The notes below the pieces were generated by a model, which did no database searches, was not told the DNA's origin, and worked only from the letters and a program-made list of their open reading frames with translations. Shown here in pieces: positions 1 to 8,716 of a stretch of 32,000 nucleotides of DNA; position 1 is the stretch's first letter, and the number at the start of each line of letters is the position of its first letter. Origin of the DNA: Halomicronema hongdechloris C2206 (GTDB lineage Bacteria > Cyanobacteriota > Cyanobacteriia > Phormidesmidales > Phormidesmidaceae); NCBI RefSeq assembly GCF_002075285.3, contig NZ_CP021983.2, forward strand, positions 3,600,001-3,632,000, written 5' to 3'. A program made the translations under genes and the position numbers.

Positions 1-1
1 C

Positions 2-268
2 TATGTGCGCCCCGATTGCATCCACCGCGGCATTGGCTCGGCCCTGATGCAGAGACTATTAGCGTACGCCGATAGCCAAGGTCTGCAACGACTCTACGGT
101 GAGGCCAGTGAATTTAGCTTAGGGTTGTTTTTAAAGTTTGGCTTTCGCCAGTACGACACCGAAGTCGTGGAACGCCAAGGTGTTCGCTTCAGTCGCTATC
201 TGGTGGAAAAGCTGCGCCGGGATAACTCTGGACCCGAATCTAGGAGAATTGGCGGTCCACTTCTCTAG
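2..268 (+). CDS. GNAT family N-acetyltransferase, C-terminal part (5-prime end outside window)
   Basis: Frame is open to the window edge. Translation RGIGSALMQRLLAYADSQGLQRLYGEAS...LFLKFGFRQ fits GNAT motif A and the following helix. TAG stop at 266-268. Confidence 0.8.
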   Translation, partial: YVRPDCIHRGIGSALMQRLLAYADSQGLQRLYGEASEFSLGLFLKFGFRQYDTEVVERQGVRFSRYLVEKLRRDNSGPESRRIGGPLL

Positions 269-329
269 GATCTTGATAGAATCAAGGTCGAGAATGATTA
301 TCATTGCAATGTCATCACAGGGTCCGGCC

Positions 330-790
330 ATGATTGAGATGGAGCAGCTGTCGGTCAGCTACCGAGGTGCGATCGCATTGGACGACGTCTCCCTGCAGCT
401 GTATCGAGGCCAGCAGGTAGGACTGATCGGTCCCAACGGCGCCGGCAAGAGCACCCTAATCAAGGCCATGCTGGGCTTAGTGCCCCATCGCGGCCGAGTC
501 CGGTTTTGGGGCTAGCCGCGGCGGCGGGTGCGCCATCGCATCGCCTAGGTGCCCCAGCGATCGCAAATCGACTGGCACTACCCCATCACCGCCTAGACCG
601 TGGTGATGACAGCCCTGACTCCAGAGACAGGCTGGCTGCGCCGCCCCAGCCCCGTGCCCAAGGGCGGGCTCAGCAAGCCCTAGAGCGGGTGGGCATGGCC
701 GATCTCAGCCATCGTCCCATTGGGCAGCTATCTGGAGGCCAGCAGCAGCGGGTCTTTCTAGCTCGAGCCCTGGCTCAAGATGCGCAGCTA
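330..790 (+). pseudogene. Mn/Zn-type ABC transporter ATP-binding protein (ZnuC/MntA-like), disrupted
   Basis: ATG 330 gives [13 protein letters not shown]...[19 protein letters not shown] (Walker A). In-frame TAG occurs at 513-515, 546-548 and 594-596, with homology continuing after each ([22 protein letters not shown]...GWLRRPS). A frame change near the C-run at 650-653 leads to [40 protein letters not shown] (ABC signature). Homology stops at about 790, before Walker B. Confidence 0.8.
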
Positions 791-1170
791 TGCCGCCATG
801 GGGCTGATTTTAGCGACTTTCTTTGCCCTAGGGGTGATGTTCATCAGTGTGTTCGACAGCCGCCTCAACCTAGAAGCCTTTTTATTTGGGGACATGCTCA
901 GCGTCACCCCTGTCGATGTCTGGCAGACGGCTCTGATCACGGGGGTGGTCCTGGTGCTGGTGCGCTTGCTCTACAAGGAGCTACTGTTCTATAACTTCGA
1001 TCCCCTCGGGGCCAAGGCCATGGGCCTGCCAACCGAGTGGTTGCAACGGGGACTGACGGCGGCCTACACCCTGGCTATCATCAGTCGTTGGGGGCCTCTT
1101 CTCACTGGCCTTCCTATTCAGCCCCAGCCAGGGACCACTCACCCAGCAACGGCCCTGGGGCAACCGCTGA
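791..1170 (+). pseudogene. Mn/Zn-type ABC transporter permease (ZnuB/MntB-like, ABC-3 family) remnant
   Basis: The frame of ORF 780..1280 reads [19 protein letters not shown]...[50 protein letters not shown], which is the middle of an ABC-3 permease with no N-terminal third. At about 1084 the reading switches frame to VVGGLFSLAFLFSPSQGPLTQQRPWGNR* (typical permease C-terminus, TGA 1168-1170). This implies a second internal deletion. Confidence 0.72.
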
Positions 1171-1290
1171 TTCGCCCGGCAGCACCGGCATCCACCTGCT
1201 GCACCTATCCGACCAACGGCATCATCGTCTCTCAGCAGAATCTCAGCCGTGTCATTTATGGTCGAACCATGACGTCTTAGAGTTGACACC

Positions 1291-1722
1291 ATGGCTTCTT
1301 CCAACTCTCGCATCTCCCTGGCACTGTTACTGTTACGTCTTAGCGTCTTTCTTGTCTTTCTGATCTGGACTCTAGATAAGCTGCTCAACCCTGGCCACGC
1401 GGCGGCAGTGTTTGAAAACTTCTATTTCATTGGCGGCCTGGGCAATGCCATCATCTACGGGCTCGGCATTCTAGAGCTGATTTTGCTGATCGGCTTTGTG
1501 ATTGGCTACCAGAAACCCATAACCTATGGCCTGATTCTGCTGTTGCATGCCGTCTCCACCTTATCTGCCTTCGGCAAGTATCTCAGCCCCTTTGAGCCCC
1601 CCAATATCCTCTTCTTTGCGGCTTGGCCTATGTTGGCCGCCTGCTTCGCCCTGTTCTACCTGCGGGATCTCGACGTGCGCTGGACCATTGGCGGCGGTCG
1701 CCAGGAGGCCGTGACCGAGTAG
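1291..1722 (+). CDS. small integral membrane protein, DoxX-like (four predicted TM helices)
   Basis: 143-aa ORF, hydrophobic throughout (LLLLRLSVFLVFLIWTLDKLLNP...), with GC-rich third positions. The family assignment is from memory only. Confidence 0.6.
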   Translation: MASSNSRISLALLLLRLSVFLVFLIWTLDKLLNPGHAAAVFENFYFIGGLGNAIIYGLGILELILLIGFVIGYQKPITYGLILLLHAVSTLSAFGKYLSPFEPPNILFFAAWPMLAACFALFYLRDLDVRWTIGGGRQEAVTE

Positions 1723-1737
1723 ACAGCTTTGCCGGCA

Positions 1738-2721
1738 TCAACCGTACAATCCAGCCACATATTCGCCATAGCCGTTGTAGAGCCGGGTGGGCTGGCGCTC
1801 CCACTGGGCGGGATTGCTGCCAGTGCCCACGACCCGCTCCGTAGCTTGAGACCAGCGGGGATGGGGGACGTCTGGATTCACATTGGCCTCGAACCCGTAC
1901 TCATTGGGGGCAATGGTGTTCCAGAAGGTGGCCGGGCGCTCGGCTAGAAACTCGATCTTGACAATGGATTTGGCTCCCTTGAAGCCATATTTCCAGGGCA
2001 CCACCATACGCAACGGTGCCCCATGTTGTTTCGGCAGGGTGCGACCGTAGATACCCACCGCAAAGAAGGCCAGCTCATTGGCCATCTCCGCCAGCGTCAG
2101 CCCCTCCCCATAGGGCCAAGGTAAATTCATGGCGAAGCCCCAGGCTGGCCCCGGACAGATTTTCGCCTCATAGAACGAGGTGAAGCTGACAAATCTGGCG
2201 GCACTGGTGGGATCCACCTGCTGCAGTAATCGGTTCATGGGAAAGCCGATCCAGGGCACCACCATGGCCCAGGCCTCCACGCAGCGAAAGCGATAGATGC
2301 GCTCTTCCAGGGGAAACCGCTGGGTCAGATCATCCAGGTCATAGGTGCGGGGATTATTCACCAACCCCGTCACCTCGACTCGCCAATCGTCGGTGGGCAG
2401 CTTCTGGGCCGGTTGCCAGATGCTCTTGGTGCCGCCAAACTCATAGAAGTTGTTGTAGGTGCTGGCATAGGCTTGCTCCGTCACGGCCCGTTCCACCCCG
2501 GCGAAGTCAGGGTTTTGCCGCACATTGGCCAGGGGACGGCCTAGGGTTTGCTGCAGCTCGGCCTCGATGCTGGGCGGGCGGCTACACCCCAGCAACGAGG
2601 CGCCGATGCCAGCTCCGACCAGTCCCTTGAGAAAGCGACGGCGGTTCAGGAAGGCAGATTCCGGCGTGACTGCCGATTCGGGTAACTGCCAAGGGTGGGG
2701 TGGCGGCAAAATAGTAGGCAT
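1738..2721 (-). CDS. msrP: protein-methionine-sulfoxide reductase catalytic subunit MsrP (YedY-type molybdopterin oxidoreductase)
   Basis: Twin-arginine signal NRRRFLKGLVGAGIG. YedY/MsrP-like blocks NNFYEFG, YRFRCVEAWAMVVPWIGF and PWKYGFKGAKSIVKIEF. 327 aa. Confidence 0.85.
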   Translation of the reverse strand: MPTILPPPHPWQLPESAVTPESAFLNRRRFLKGLVGAGIGASLLGCSRPPSIEAELQQTLGRPLANVRQNPDFAGVERAVTEQAYASTYNNFYEFGGTKSIWQPAQKLPTDDWRVEVTGLVNNPRTYDLDDLTQRFPLEERIYRFRCVEAWAMVVPWIGFPMNRLLQQVDPTSAARFVSFTSFYEAKICPGPAWGFAMNLPWPYGEGLTLAEMANELAFFAVGIYGRTLPKQHGAPLRMVVPWKYGFKGAKSIVKIEFLAERPATFWNTIAPNEYGFEANVNPDVPHPRWSQATERVVGTGSNPAQWERQPTRLYNGYGEYVAGLYG

Positions 2722-2784
2722 GATTGGGTATCAATGGTGACGCATATTGATTATTCTACGAAGTCAGCCAATTCTAAGGCCGCC

Positions 2785-2925
2785 GTGGCCCTGTACTTGG
2801 GCTGTGCTGTCTGGGCCTATCGGGGCTAGCTGGGAGACCTCTATCCCTGCGGTAGCGACCCCAAGCAGTTTTTGCCGCTTTACGGCCAACGCCTGACGGC
2901 GGTAGAAGGCATAACCTACTTATGA
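2785..2925 (+). pseudogene. DUF72 (YecE-like) family gene remnant, N-terminal about 46 codons only
   Basis: GTG 2785 gives MALYLGCAVWAYRG*LGDLYPCGSDPKQFLPLYGQRLTAVEGITYL*. This matches the DUF72 N-terminus as I recall it (GxxGWxxxxWxGxxYP...VExNxTFY). In-frame TAG at 2827-2829 sits where W is expected. Homology ends at 2925, where low-GC DNA begins. Confidence 0.55.
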
Positions 2926-2937
2926 GCTCTTGCCCAT

Positions 2938-2968
2938 GAAAAAAGTCCCTTACGGTCGTAAGGGACTT
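2938..2968 (-). terminator. intrinsic terminator hairpin downstream of the PEP-CTERM gene
   Basis: Perfect 10-bp stem agtcccttac/gtaagggact (2944-2953 and 2958-2967) with 4-nt loop ggtc. On the minus strand it is followed by a T6 tract (A-run 2939-2944 on plus). Confidence 0.55.
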
Positions 2969-3131
2969 TCAGGGAATCAGAGATGTCATTTGATTTTGGG
3001 ACAGTCCAAAGCCAATCCAGTATGAACCCTTGCAGGGGATAAATTTTTAGTACTCTGCGGCAAAATAACGTCTCTATTGACTAGAGCGAAAAGGCTTAAC
3101 CCTATTAGGATTTCCCTTGCTGCTTTGATGA

Positions 3132-3707
3132 CTAGACATCCTGCTGCTGACGTCTGAGGGTAGTAGCACCGGCACCGGTCAAGGCAAATAGCCCCAAGAT
3201 CATGGCAGGCTCAGGCACTGATTCAGCATCAGTATCAACTTCAGCCACCGATACGGCTCCTTGGGAAAGGCCTTCCGAAAATTCTCCGGTTTCGAAGTTA
3301 TCAACGAATAGAAATTCGAGATCAAGGCTGAATTCGTCAGCGGCGAATACTCCTTGATCTAAATCATCAGCTAACAACGGCTGGTTAGGCGTGCCATTGA
3401 TGTAAAACCCATTATCAAGCGTGGGATCTACAATCTGAATTTCTGCAGCGGGATCATCAGAGGAGAAGGAGAAGGCAGAGGCAGCGCTATTGCCACTCCA
3501 ATCCCAGGCCCAAGACGTTAATTCATCCAGAGAAATGATGCCATCCTGGGCGGCAGCATCGTCAGCAGAAATCGTGCCGGAAATTGCCCCGCCACCATCA
3601 TTTTCCCACCAACCAGTATAATCAACGGTCCAACTAGCAGCTCGAGCCGGTGTGGCTAGGGCTGTTAACCCTAGAGCTGCGGTTGCAGCTAAAGCAAAGC
3701 GTTTCAT
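3132..3707 (-). CDS. PEP-CTERM sorting-domain secreted protein
   Basis: N-terminal signal peptide MKRFALAATAALGLTALATPARA. C-terminal VPEPAMILGLFALTGAGATTLRRQQ is the PEP motif, a TM helix and a basic tail. Acidic, Asp-rich body. Codon usage is visibly more A/T-ending than in neighbouring genes. Confidence 0.85.
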   Translation of the reverse strand: MKRFALAATAALGLTALATPARAASWTVDYTGWWENDGGGAISGTISADDAAAQDGIISLDELTSWAWDWSGNSAASAFSFSSDDPAAEIQIVDPTLDNGFYINGTPNQPLLADDLDQGVFAADEFSLDLEFLFVDNFETGEFSEGLSQGAVSVAEVDTDAESVPEPAMILGLFALTGAGATTLRRQQQDV

Positions 3708-3990
3708 AGAAATACCTAACCGTAAACATCATGGAATCAACGTAGAGAATTTTATAGGACTTACCTAGTATTCCAATGTAATCCAAAGCACTTAGCGGGT
3801 CTATTTTTAAGTAAAAAAATGTCTCAGTTTTTCATTGAAAAAGCAAAAAGTTCCTGAGAATTTTAGTCTCCTCAGACTCATTTTATCTCGAATTTTATGT
3901 GGATTAATGCGTCACATTTGGCGGGTTTTTGGAAAATTAGACGTCAATAAAACTGGCTATTAAGACGGGTTTGAACTCGGCAATGGTAAA

Positions 3991-5700
3991 TCAGGGATGA
4001 ATGTTGGCAGTGGCGGGCATGGCAGGAGCGTCTGAGGGGGTTGGCACCAGTTGTAGAACATCGGCATCGGCAGCTGATTTTCGCGTCAGAGCACTCCGGG
4101 GGAGGACCCTCAGCACTTCCTCCGGAGTTGTGGCTCCGGCTAATAACTTCTCGATAGCGGCGTTGCGGAAGGAGAGGAAGCCGATTTTGCTGAGGTGATG
4201 CTGCAGCTGAGTGATGGTGCCGTCGTACATGATTTCGCGAATGCGATCATCGACTTCCAGGAGTTCGACGATGGCTTCGCGCCCCAGGTATCCTGACTGG
4301 AAGCACTGGCTGCAGCCCTGGCCTCGTCGCCAGTTGGCCTGCTGGATCTGGGATGAACTCAGGCCCAGGAGTTTAATGCTGTGGGCATTTGGGGGTGTCG
4401 GTTCGCTGCAGTAGGGACATACTCGTCGGACCAGGCGCTGGGCAATTACCCCCAACAGGGCATCGCTGATCAGGCCGGGGTCGGGGCCAATGTCTTTGAT
4501 GCGGGGGATGGCGCCCACGGCATCGTTGGTGTGCAGGGTTGTAAATACCAGGTGACCAGTGAGGGCGGCCCGGACGGCGGTTTCGGCGGTGGCGTGGTCT
4601 CGCACCTCTCCTACCATAATGATGTCGGGGTCTTGCCGCAGAATGGCGCGCAGCCCGGCGGCAAAGGTCATGCCGGCGGCCTCGTTTACCTGGGTTTGGG
4701 TGATGCAGGGCAGTACATACTCGACCGGGTCTTCTACCGTGACCACATTGACATCTGCGGTGGCGATTTCTTGCAGGCTAGTATAAAGAGTGCTGGTTTT
4801 GCCGGAGCCAGTGGGGCCGGTGAAGATGATCAACCCTTGGGGCTGTTGTAGCCAGGTCTTGTAGGCTGCCAGCGCTCTGGGGGAGAACCCGAGTTTATCG
4901 ACGGTGGAGAAGGGGTTTTCTCGGGGCAGTAGACGCACGACAGCTTTCTCGCCGCCGACACAGGGCAGCGTGCTGACTCGCATGTCCATATTCAGGTCAT
5001 CTTGGCCCAGGGCATATTGCTCGCCAATGCGGCCATCCTGGGGACGGCGGCTGTCGGCAATGTCCATGTTGGCCATCACTTTCAGGGCTACGATGACCCG
5101 GCGACTGATGTCTAACGGCAGGGTGGTGATATTGCGCAGCACCCCGTCGATGCGATATCGCACCCGCAAGCCGGTGCTGGTGGGCTCCAGGTGAATGTCA
5201 CTGGCTCGGTGGCGTAGGGCACTGGAAATAATGGCCTTGATCCGCTCGCGTTGGCCGTCAGCTTTGGCCAGAAAGAGCTCGGTGGTCTCACCGACGTCTT
5301 CTTGCATCTGCTCCCCCGTCAGGGGATCAAGCAGGGGGTTGGCCTGGATCTGGCTGACATCTAGGTTGCGGCTGTGATACCAGGTGCGATAGCTCTTGGC
5401 AGTAATGGGAATGAGCTCAATGGTGGTGCCGCTGCGATCGCATAATTGCTGCACCGTCTCCTGTTTCAGGGCAACCGGGCTGCCCAGATAGAAGCAGTTG
5501 CGCCACAGCAACAGGGGCACCACTGGCGGCAGGGCTTGCCCAGGAAAAAACTGAAAGAACCGGCTGCCGACTTCCTCGTCTAATAGCGTCAGATTCAACT
5601 CTCCCTGGGAATTCACTAATAGGGCCAGGGCATCTCGGCAGGACAGCTTGCCCTGCTTTACCTGTTGCCAGGCCGACAATGGGGTGGATACATCCTGCAT
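3991..5700 (-). CDS. GspE/PilB-family type II/IV secretion (type IV pilus-like) ATPase
   Basis: Walker A GPTGSGKTST, Walker B region PDIIMVGEVRD, His box TGHLVFTTLHTN, tetracysteine CPYC...CSQC. N-terminal T2SSE_N-like region. 569 aa. No pilC or pilT partner in the window. Confidence 0.9.
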   Translation of the reverse strand: MQDVSTPLSAWQQVKQGKLSCRDALALLVNSQGELNLTLLDEEVGSRFFQFFPGQALPPVVPLLLWRNCFYLGSPVALKQETVQQLCDRSGTTIELIPITAKSYRTWYHSRNLDVSQIQANPLLDPLTGEQMQEDVGETTELFLAKADGQRERIKAIISSALRHRASDIHLEPTSTGLRVRYRIDGVLRNITTLPLDISRRVIVALKVMANMDIADSRRPQDGRIGEQYALGQDDLNMDMRVSTLPCVGGEKAVVRLLPRENPFSTVDKLGFSPRALAAYKTWLQQPQGLIIFTGPTGSGKTSTLYTSLQEIATADVNVVTVEDPVEYVLPCITQTQVNEAAGMTFAAGLRAILRQDPDIIMVGEVRDHATAETAVRAALTGHLVFTTLHTNDAVGAIPRIKDIGPDPGLISDALLGVIAQRLVRRVCPYCSEPTPPNAHSIKLLGLSSSQIQQANWRRGQGCSQCFQSGYLGREAIVELLEVDDRIREIMYDGTITQLQHHLSKIGFLSFRNAAIEKLLAGATTPEEVLRVLPRSALTRKSAADADVLQLVPTPSDAPAMPATANIHP

Positions 5701-5980
5701 GCGATCGCATCTCGATACTGCCTTGGTCAGCCTTCAGTAGAAGCCGACACAAACTATGAGCGGATTGGAAATACCGTTGTCTGGGGTTGCGGCCATGGGC
5801 CAGGTAGCCCCCGCCGCCACAAGGCGTGGTGGGATGAGGGCCAGTCAGCCTTCCTGGACTAGGCCATTTAGCCGGCAGTCATGTCCTCAGCTGACTGGCC
5901 AACGCTTGAGTGCAGCCCCTGACCATTGACTCATCAGCCCTGGATTACCTGGCCGCCGCGACATCGAGAGTTTGCCGTAA

Positions 5981-6014
5981 CCATGGGCTTTTCATCCCAT
6001 CAAAAAGCCCATGG
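5981..6014 (-). terminator. stem-loop immediately downstream of phoX
   Basis: Perfect 12-bp stem ccatgggctttt (5981-5992) / aaaagcccatgg (6003-6014) with a 10-nt loop, starting 11 nt after the phoX stop. There is no long U tract beyond the stem itself. Confidence 0.5.
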
Positions 6015-6024
6015 TCCCGTTAAT

Positions 6025-7905
6025 CTAAGACCCGACGATGCCACCGTCCTTGCGTCTGATGACGATGGTGGAATCCCGAGGCACCTTGCCACTCCCCTGA
6101 TTCGCCGGGAAGTTAGTGACGGTAGGATCTCCATCACCAGGGTGCTGGGTATTGATGAACAGGGTGCGCCGATCGGGCGTTACCGTCAGCCCGGTGATTT
6201 CGTCTTCAAACACACCGGTGAAGAGGCGGCGAATTTCTCCAGTGCTGATATCAACCACCAACAGCTGGTTGTTCAGCCCATCCGGTTGACCACCGTCGGT
6301 CTCAATGAACAGGCGACCGTCAGGGTCCGCCCACATGCCGTCGGGGTCGGTAAAGACTCCCTCTGTCCCGCGAGTATCCTGGGCCAGAATGAAGATATCC
6401 CACTTAAAGGTGGTACCCGTGAATCGGGCGTTATCATCAATTTCCAGGATGTGGCCATCGGGGTTAGGCGCCAGAGGGTTGGGAGCATCGGGCATGGTCC
6501 GCTGGCTGTTGTTGGTCAACGCGAAGTAAACCTTGCCATTGAAATCACTCACCGTGGCCCACTCAGGCCGGTCCATGGGCGTAGCCCCTAAGGTATCAGC
6601 CGCCAGGCGGGTATTAACGAGTAGCTCGCCCTGATTGCTGAATTGAGCACTCAGAATCGGGTTATCGATGGTGAGCTCCAACCACTCGCCAGTGCCATCA
6701 TCGTTGAACTTCGCCACGTAGAGCTTGCCGCGATCCAACGGGCTGATGCCCCGAGCTCGCATGGAACGCCAGTTGCTCTCGGACACAAACTTGTAGATGT
6801 AGTCAAAGCGTTCGTCGTCGCCCATGTAAGCGACAACACGGCCACCCCGACCCACGGTGATTTCAGCCCCTTCATGCTTGAACCGACCCATGGCCGTCCG
6901 CTTCACCGGGGTTTGAGTGGCATCCATGGGGTCGATCTCCACCACCCAACCGAAGCGATGGTTCTCGTTGACATAGTCAGAGTTGGAGAGGTCGAAGCGA
7001 GGATCGAAGTTCTGCCAGCCATAGCCAAAGCCATCGGTGCTGAATCCATAGCGATCCTGAGCGTCCGTCGGCGTCCAGGTGCCGGTGGCATCGCCGAAGT
7101 AACCGTGAAAGTTTTCTTCACAGGTGAGGTAGGTACCCCAGGGTGTTTTCCCGTAGGCGCAGTTATTCACCGTGCCCTGAGGAGAATTACCAGCCGGGTT
7201 GTCTAGCAAAGGGTGACCGGCTGCGGGACCGCTGAAGGTCACGTCGGTATTCACGTGAATGCGGCGAGCATTGTTACTCTTGACCGGCTGCCACTTGCCG
7301 CCGATTTTCTTGATCTCAATCACGGAGACGCCGTGGGCATGCTGAGACAGGCGCACATCTTCCAGGCTGGTGGGGTCAGGCTTGCCCAGCACATGGGTAT
7401 TCACCCCAAACTCATGGTTGATGGCCAGCATGCCATGATCATTGCCGTCGCCGATGGGGAAGAGCCACATGCCGTCATGGCCGATGCCAATCAGATTCTT
7501 TTGCTCTTCTGCCGTGGGGCGAGTGTTGGGATCGCCACCATAGCCACCGGCACTCCCATCGAGAGTAGAGCCCCAGGGAATCAACACCTGGTATTCATAG
7601 TCTTCGGAAATGGTGGGAACAGGCCCCGAACCATTGGCGATCGCAACAGATTCAAAGTTAACCAATCCACCTGCTTGGGCGATGGTGGCTCCAGACCCCA
7701 CCGTTGAAGTAGTACTGGCTTCCTGACCAGTGGTTGCGGAGGCGGCCTGCACCAGGGCCTTATTACCGACAAGGGCAGTGGCAAAGCCAGCAGCAGATAG
7801 TATCATGCCCTTGGCTAACACATTCCGTCGAGATAGTCGGGCTTTTAGGACGTCCTGAAAGGGACGATTGCCTGACTTGTTACTGATTCCGTTATCACAA
7901 TCCAT
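6025..7905 (-). CDS. phoX: PhoX-family alkaline phosphatase (DUF839), Tat-exported
   Basis: Twin-arginine leader LSRRNVLAKGMILSAAGFA. PhoX-like blocks LAINHEFG, MDRPEWATV and the C-terminal FINTQHPG. 626 aa. Confidence 0.9.
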   Translation of the reverse strand: MDCDNGISNKSGNRPFQDVLKARLSRRNVLAKGMILSAAGFATALVGNKALVQAASATTGQEASTTSTVGSGATIAQAGGLVNFESVAIANGSGPVPTISEDYEYQVLIPWGSTLDGSAGGYGGDPNTRPTAEEQKNLIGIGHDGMWLFPIGDGNDHGMLAINHEFGVNTHVLGKPDPTSLEDVRLSQHAHGVSVIEIKKIGGKWQPVKSNNARRIHVNTDVTFSGPAAGHPLLDNPAGNSPQGTVNNCAYGKTPWGTYLTCEENFHGYFGDATGTWTPTDAQDRYGFSTDGFGYGWQNFDPRFDLSNSDYVNENHRFGWVVEIDPMDATQTPVKRTAMGRFKHEGAEITVGRGGRVVAYMGDDERFDYIYKFVSESNWRSMRARGISPLDRGKLYVAKFNDDGTGEWLELTIDNPILSAQFSNQGELLVNTRLAADTLGATPMDRPEWATVSDFNGKVYFALTNNSQRTMPDAPNPLAPNPDGHILEIDDNARFTGTTFKWDIFILAQDTRGTEGVFTDPDGMWADPDGRLFIETDGGQPDGLNNQLLVVDISTGEIRRLFTGVFEDEITGLTVTPDRRTLFINTQHPGDGDPTVTNFPANQGSGKVPRDSTIVIRRKDGGIVGS

Positions 7906-8027
7906 GGGGATGTTCCTCTCGCTCCCTACGTTGTCATCGACACGATCTAAGGCCCCTTACCGTTAGGGTCAGGTCTCCTTAAATCGAGGTGTTGCATCAT
8001 CCTCAAACCATCTCGGCCTAGAATTGT

Positions 8028-8582
8028 CTAATCCAAATCAGGCAGATAGGCTTGAGCTACATCGCCCGTCAGGCGACCTTCATCCAAGGCCCGATCAACC
8101 TGGGCCTGCTCAGAAGACGATAGATTTCGTCCCCGGCCAGCCGCAGATCTCACCGACGCCACGGCGGCCCCTTCCTGCCCTTCCTCGTGGCGCTGCAATA
8201 GGGCATGGGAGGCACCGTAGTATTCGGTCCAAGCACTGACCTGGGGCGTTTCTTGCCACTGTGTTCGAGAAACCGTAGCCGCTAGAATCGGTACAATTTC
8301 GCCATTTCGCTCCCCTAGGACAACGACTTCAATGTCCGTCAGAGCAGGATCTTTGCGAAATTCACTGCTGATCGTTTGGCCCACTAATGATTCGGCCTGC
8401 CTTATCATCTCCTGATAATTCACTCGACCGTAGATGGGTAGATCGATCGTATAGCGCCCCATCTCTGCCGATGCAGAAAAATAGTGTTTAGAAACAAGCC
8501 CGGAAAATACAATCAGGGATAAGACGGATAGTAAAAGAAGTCGGAAGAAACGATGACGCCCAAAGAAATCTACAGGAAACAT
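8028..8582 (-). CDS. hypothetical protein with N-terminal membrane anchor
   Basis: 184-aa ORF with hydrophobic N-terminus FFRLLLLSVLSLIVFSGLV. It lies 122 bp upstream of phoX on the same strand, so it may be co-transcribed. No family recognised. Confidence 0.6.
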   Translation of the reverse strand: MFPVDFFGRHRFFRLLLLSVLSLIVFSGLVSKHYFSASAEMGRYTIDLPIYGRVNYQEMIRQAESLVGQTISSEFRKDPALTDIEVVVLGERNGEIVPILAATVSRTQWQETPQVSAWTEYYGASHALLQRHEEGQEGAAVASVRSAAGRGRNLSSSEQAQVDRALDEGRLTGDVAQAYLPDLD

Positions 8583-8667
8583 TTAGAAATAGCTGATGAA
8601 TAGCTTCATCATGGTGAAAACGATGGTGACCTCCAAACATAACCAATCGTCCCATAGATACTTTTTT

Positions 8668-8716
8668 CAGAGGTAAATTAAGAGTTAATCCTAATTAAAT
8701 AAGGATTAAGCTCTCA
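8668..8716 (-). promoter_or_regulatory. TTAA-core repeat array / palindrome (Pho-box-like) upstream of the 8582 gene
   Basis: The minus strand reads CTTAATCC-tta-TTTAATTA-gg-ATTAACTC-TTAATTTA, with TTAA cores spaced 11, 10 and 7 nt. It also contains the inverted repeat ttaatcct (8685-8692) / aggattaa (8702-8709). It sits about 90-130 nt upstream of the ATG at 8582. Confidence 0.25.

Noticed and set aside
4001-5377. Several plus-strand ORFs (for example 4381..4851 and 4904..5194) inside the GspE-like ATPase gene.
   Set aside because: They are antisense shadows of a well-supported 569-aa ATPase and have no motifs or plausible starts.
5839-5900. An 11-bp inverted repeat, ggccagtcagc (5839-5849) / gctgactggcc (5890-5900), with a 40-nt loop between the gspE-like gene and phoX.
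   Set aside because: It is an isolated long-loop stem in a GC-rich spacer with no flanking conserved motifs. It could be part of a promoter or leader structure, but there is nothing to support a specific RNA element.
5926-7707. Long plus-strand ORFs (5926..6591, 6643..7206 and 7213..7707) opposite phoX.
   Set aside because: These are shadow ORFs typical of GC-rich coding DNA. Their translations are Arg/Gly/Val-rich with no recognisable motifs, whereas the minus strand encodes a full-length PhoX.
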